NCBI GenBank assembly: GCA_003427395.1
Contig: BFEA01000019.1
Span: forward strand, 23,983-87,982
Length of the DNA stretch: 64,000 nucleotides
Direction of reading: 5' to 3'
DNA from: Chara braunii
Taxonomy: Eukaryota > Plantae > Charophyceae
The notes under the pieces were generated by a model. The model made no database searches. It was not told the DNA's origin and saw only the letters and a program-made list of their open reading frames with translations. Shown here piece by piece: positions 61,635 to 64,000 of the stretch. Both the position numbers and the translations under genes were made by a program. The number at the start of each line of letters is the position of its first letter. Position 1 is the first letter of the stretch.

Positions 61635-62017
61635 CAAGTGTAGTATCTGTTCAGATCAGTTTGATATCTGATCCCTGGTCGGTTGTTCCACACCATATTC
61701 AAAAAAAAATAAAAAAGAGAAAAAAAGGGATAATTTGCAAAATACCCCTATTAGTTGAGATATATGCGGAAACGCCCCTAAAAGATGTGGGTAGAGCGGA
61801 ATCATGCCCTTTTGGGCCTAATTCTTTGCGTTTCGCCCCTGTCAGGCCCATGTGCAAATTCGCAATCTGGACCGCATCATTGGGGCCTGGGCCTGCACCC
61901 TGTTTTACCCGGTCTGCCCTCCATACCGGGTGGGCAACTTTGCACAATACCCAGGCCCGTCCGCAGGTCAGTTTGCCTCCCTGTTCAGCAGCTTCATTCA
62001 TCTTCCTCCCTCAGCTG

Positions 62018-62111
<94 letters not shown>
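62018..62111. repeat. (TG)n(AG)n compound microsatellite at a gap edge
   Basis: Direct sequence. Confidence 0.95.
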
Positions 62112-63640
62112 NNNNNNNNNNNNNNNNNNNNNNNNNNNNNNNNNNNNNNNNNNNNNNNNNNNNNNNNNNNNNNNNNNNNNNNNNNNNNNNNNNNNNNNNN
62201 NNNNNNNNNNNNNNNNNNNNNNNNNNNNNNNNNNNNNNNNNNNNNNNNNNNNNNNNNNNNNNNNNNNNNNNNNNNNNNNNNNNNNNNNNNNNNNNNNNNN
62301 NNNNNNNNNNNNNNNNNNNNNNNNNNNNNNNNNNNNNNNNNNNNNNNNNNNNNNNNNNNNNNNNNNNNNNNNNNNNNNNNNNNNNNNNNNNNNNNNNNNN
62401 NNNNNNNNNNNNNNNNNNNNNNNNNNNNNNNNNNNNNNNNNNNNNNNNNNNNNNNNNNNNNNNNNNNNNNNNNNNNNNNNNNNNNNNNNNNNNNNNNNNN
62501 NNNNNNNNNNNNNNNNNNNNNNNNNNNNNNNNNNNNNNNNNNNNNNNNNNNNNNNNNNNNNNNNNNNNNNNNNNNNNNNNNNNNNNNNNNNNNNNNNNNN
62601 NNNNNNNNNNNNNNNNNNNNNNNNNNNNNNNNNNNNNNNNNNNNNNNNNNNNNNNNNNNNNNNNNNNNNNNNNNNNNNNNNNNNNNNNNNNNNNNNNNNN
62701 NNNNNNNNNNNNNNNNNNNNNNNNNNNNNNNNNNNNNNNNNNNNNNNNNNNNNNNNNNNNNNNNNNNNNNNNNNNNNNNNNNNNNNNNNNNNNNNNNNNN
62801 NNNNNNNNNNNNNNNNNNNNNGACTCATCAGGAGGCTGAACCCTCAACAGTCTGCAGAATCCCCTCACTGATTACACTGTAAATGATAATCTACCTTAAC
62901 CACAATCAAAGTAGACTATCACTCACCCACACCAGATGGAAAACTCTACATATATATATATATATATATATATCGTCACAAATTTATCAGAGCGAAAATG
63001 CAAAAAAAAGAAGAAATAAATTCATTTTTTATCTTCTTCCCTACAAGACTCCCCCTGTTCAAAACCTCTTGCGTACAAGGCCGCCCACCTGCATGTAGGT
63101 TGAGCGGCGGCTGCCCCCACCCCTGTGTGTCATATCGACCCACTTGCACACAGCCAAAAGGCGAAGAGGCAAAAAAAAGAGGAAGGGAATAGCCAAACAT
63201 TACAGAACAGGGGGCAAACGAATCCTAGATGACAAGTCCCACGTGCAGACACCGCCCCCGACAGCACAGGCCAAACGACGGGACAAACCAGCCAGGATTC
63301 AAGACACGGGAACTGTGAGATGGTTGAACAATGAGCCAGGCCATTTTCAACATAAATGAATACCAGAGAATAAATTCTGCCATATCCATAGCAAAGAATC
63401 TGAAGCAAAGAACACTTTATCTGCCAAAAAAAGAAAGACAATCCCAGATGACAATTCCCTCGTAAAAGCACCGCCCCCCCGTGTAGGCCGAACACCGGGA
63501 AACAGCCAACCAGGATGCCCCAAGACAATAAAAAAAGAAGAACCCGGATGACCGATCCCACATGAAGCACCGCTACCATTCTCCCCAAATATACCGGGGA
63601 CAGAGCCAACCAGGATGCAGACAAGGTTACCAAATATATC

Positions 63641-63677
63641 CTGATGAGTCGGTGAAACTCCAACGAAACAGTTTGTC
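63641..63677 (+). ncRNA. Degenerate minimal hammerhead-ribozyme-like core
   Basis: CTGATGA-GTCGG(tgaaact)CCAAC-GAAAC-AGTTT-GTC; stem I does not pair. Confidence 0.35.
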
Positions 63678-64000
63678 ACAGCCCCTCGTTTGTTGTCCTC
63701 TTCTCTCTCTCTGCCTACGATTTACCGGGCAGTTCTGTTTGTGACGATATATATAGGTCCCAGGAGCCGGGACCCACGAGCATCTATTTACAGTTCGGCA
63801 GTTTGGTTTGCAACCACGTGCGGCGAGAGGTGACATCCAGCGACCGTTGATCCTTTTGTGTATCTTCGGCGCAGGGCGATAAGGACCTATTTCGTGGATC
63901 CTTCTGTCCGCCAGCCAATAGAAGAGTTTCGTTTTCATCTTTTTGTCCATTTACGTAGCCACTTTGCGTTGGCGCGAAGCTGCAATACTATTGTTTTTTT

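Larger units (their letters stand above)
60951..61700 (+). pseudogene. U2: U2 snRNA copy split by two insertions and truncated before the Sm site
   Basis: ATACCTTTCTCGGCCTTTTGGCTAAGA (60951-60977) + TCAA (61465-61468) + GTGTAGTATCTGTTCAGATCAGTTTGATATCTGATC... (from 61638) reconstruct a plant-type U2 5' half. Confidence 0.92.

Overview
Repeat-dominated eukaryotic scaffold with five N-gaps and a leftover Nextera junction adapter. A plant-type U2 5' end and a Penelope-like element with N-terminal GIY-YIG and an upstream zinc-knuckle ORF suggest a green-lineage genome, possibly a charophyte such as Chara (inference, not verified). Contents: one near-full-length L1/Tx1-type LINE with a giant ORF1 and at least 7 decayed LINE fragments; SINE-like retrocopies; a large 5'-truncated Ty3/Gypsy-like element; a Chlamys-type Penelope-like element; several MITEs; one probable host exon (bacterial-like alpha/beta hydrolase); and a U2 snRNA copy split by two insertions. 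The Gypsy-like element reads integrase, a second Gag-like ORF, decayed antisense coding sequence, then two arrays of structured repeats. Three signals stand out. (1) An array of ~11 UAAGUU-hexaloop hairpins with co-varying stems, followed by a second hairpin array, in the Gypsy 3' region. (2) A structurally conserved 3' module (internal-loop hairpin plus two tandem H-type pseudoknots) shared by the LINEs and by a SINE family of different sequence. (3) Two independent insertions 9 bp apart in U2 snRNA. All structures were folded by eye and no database searches were run.
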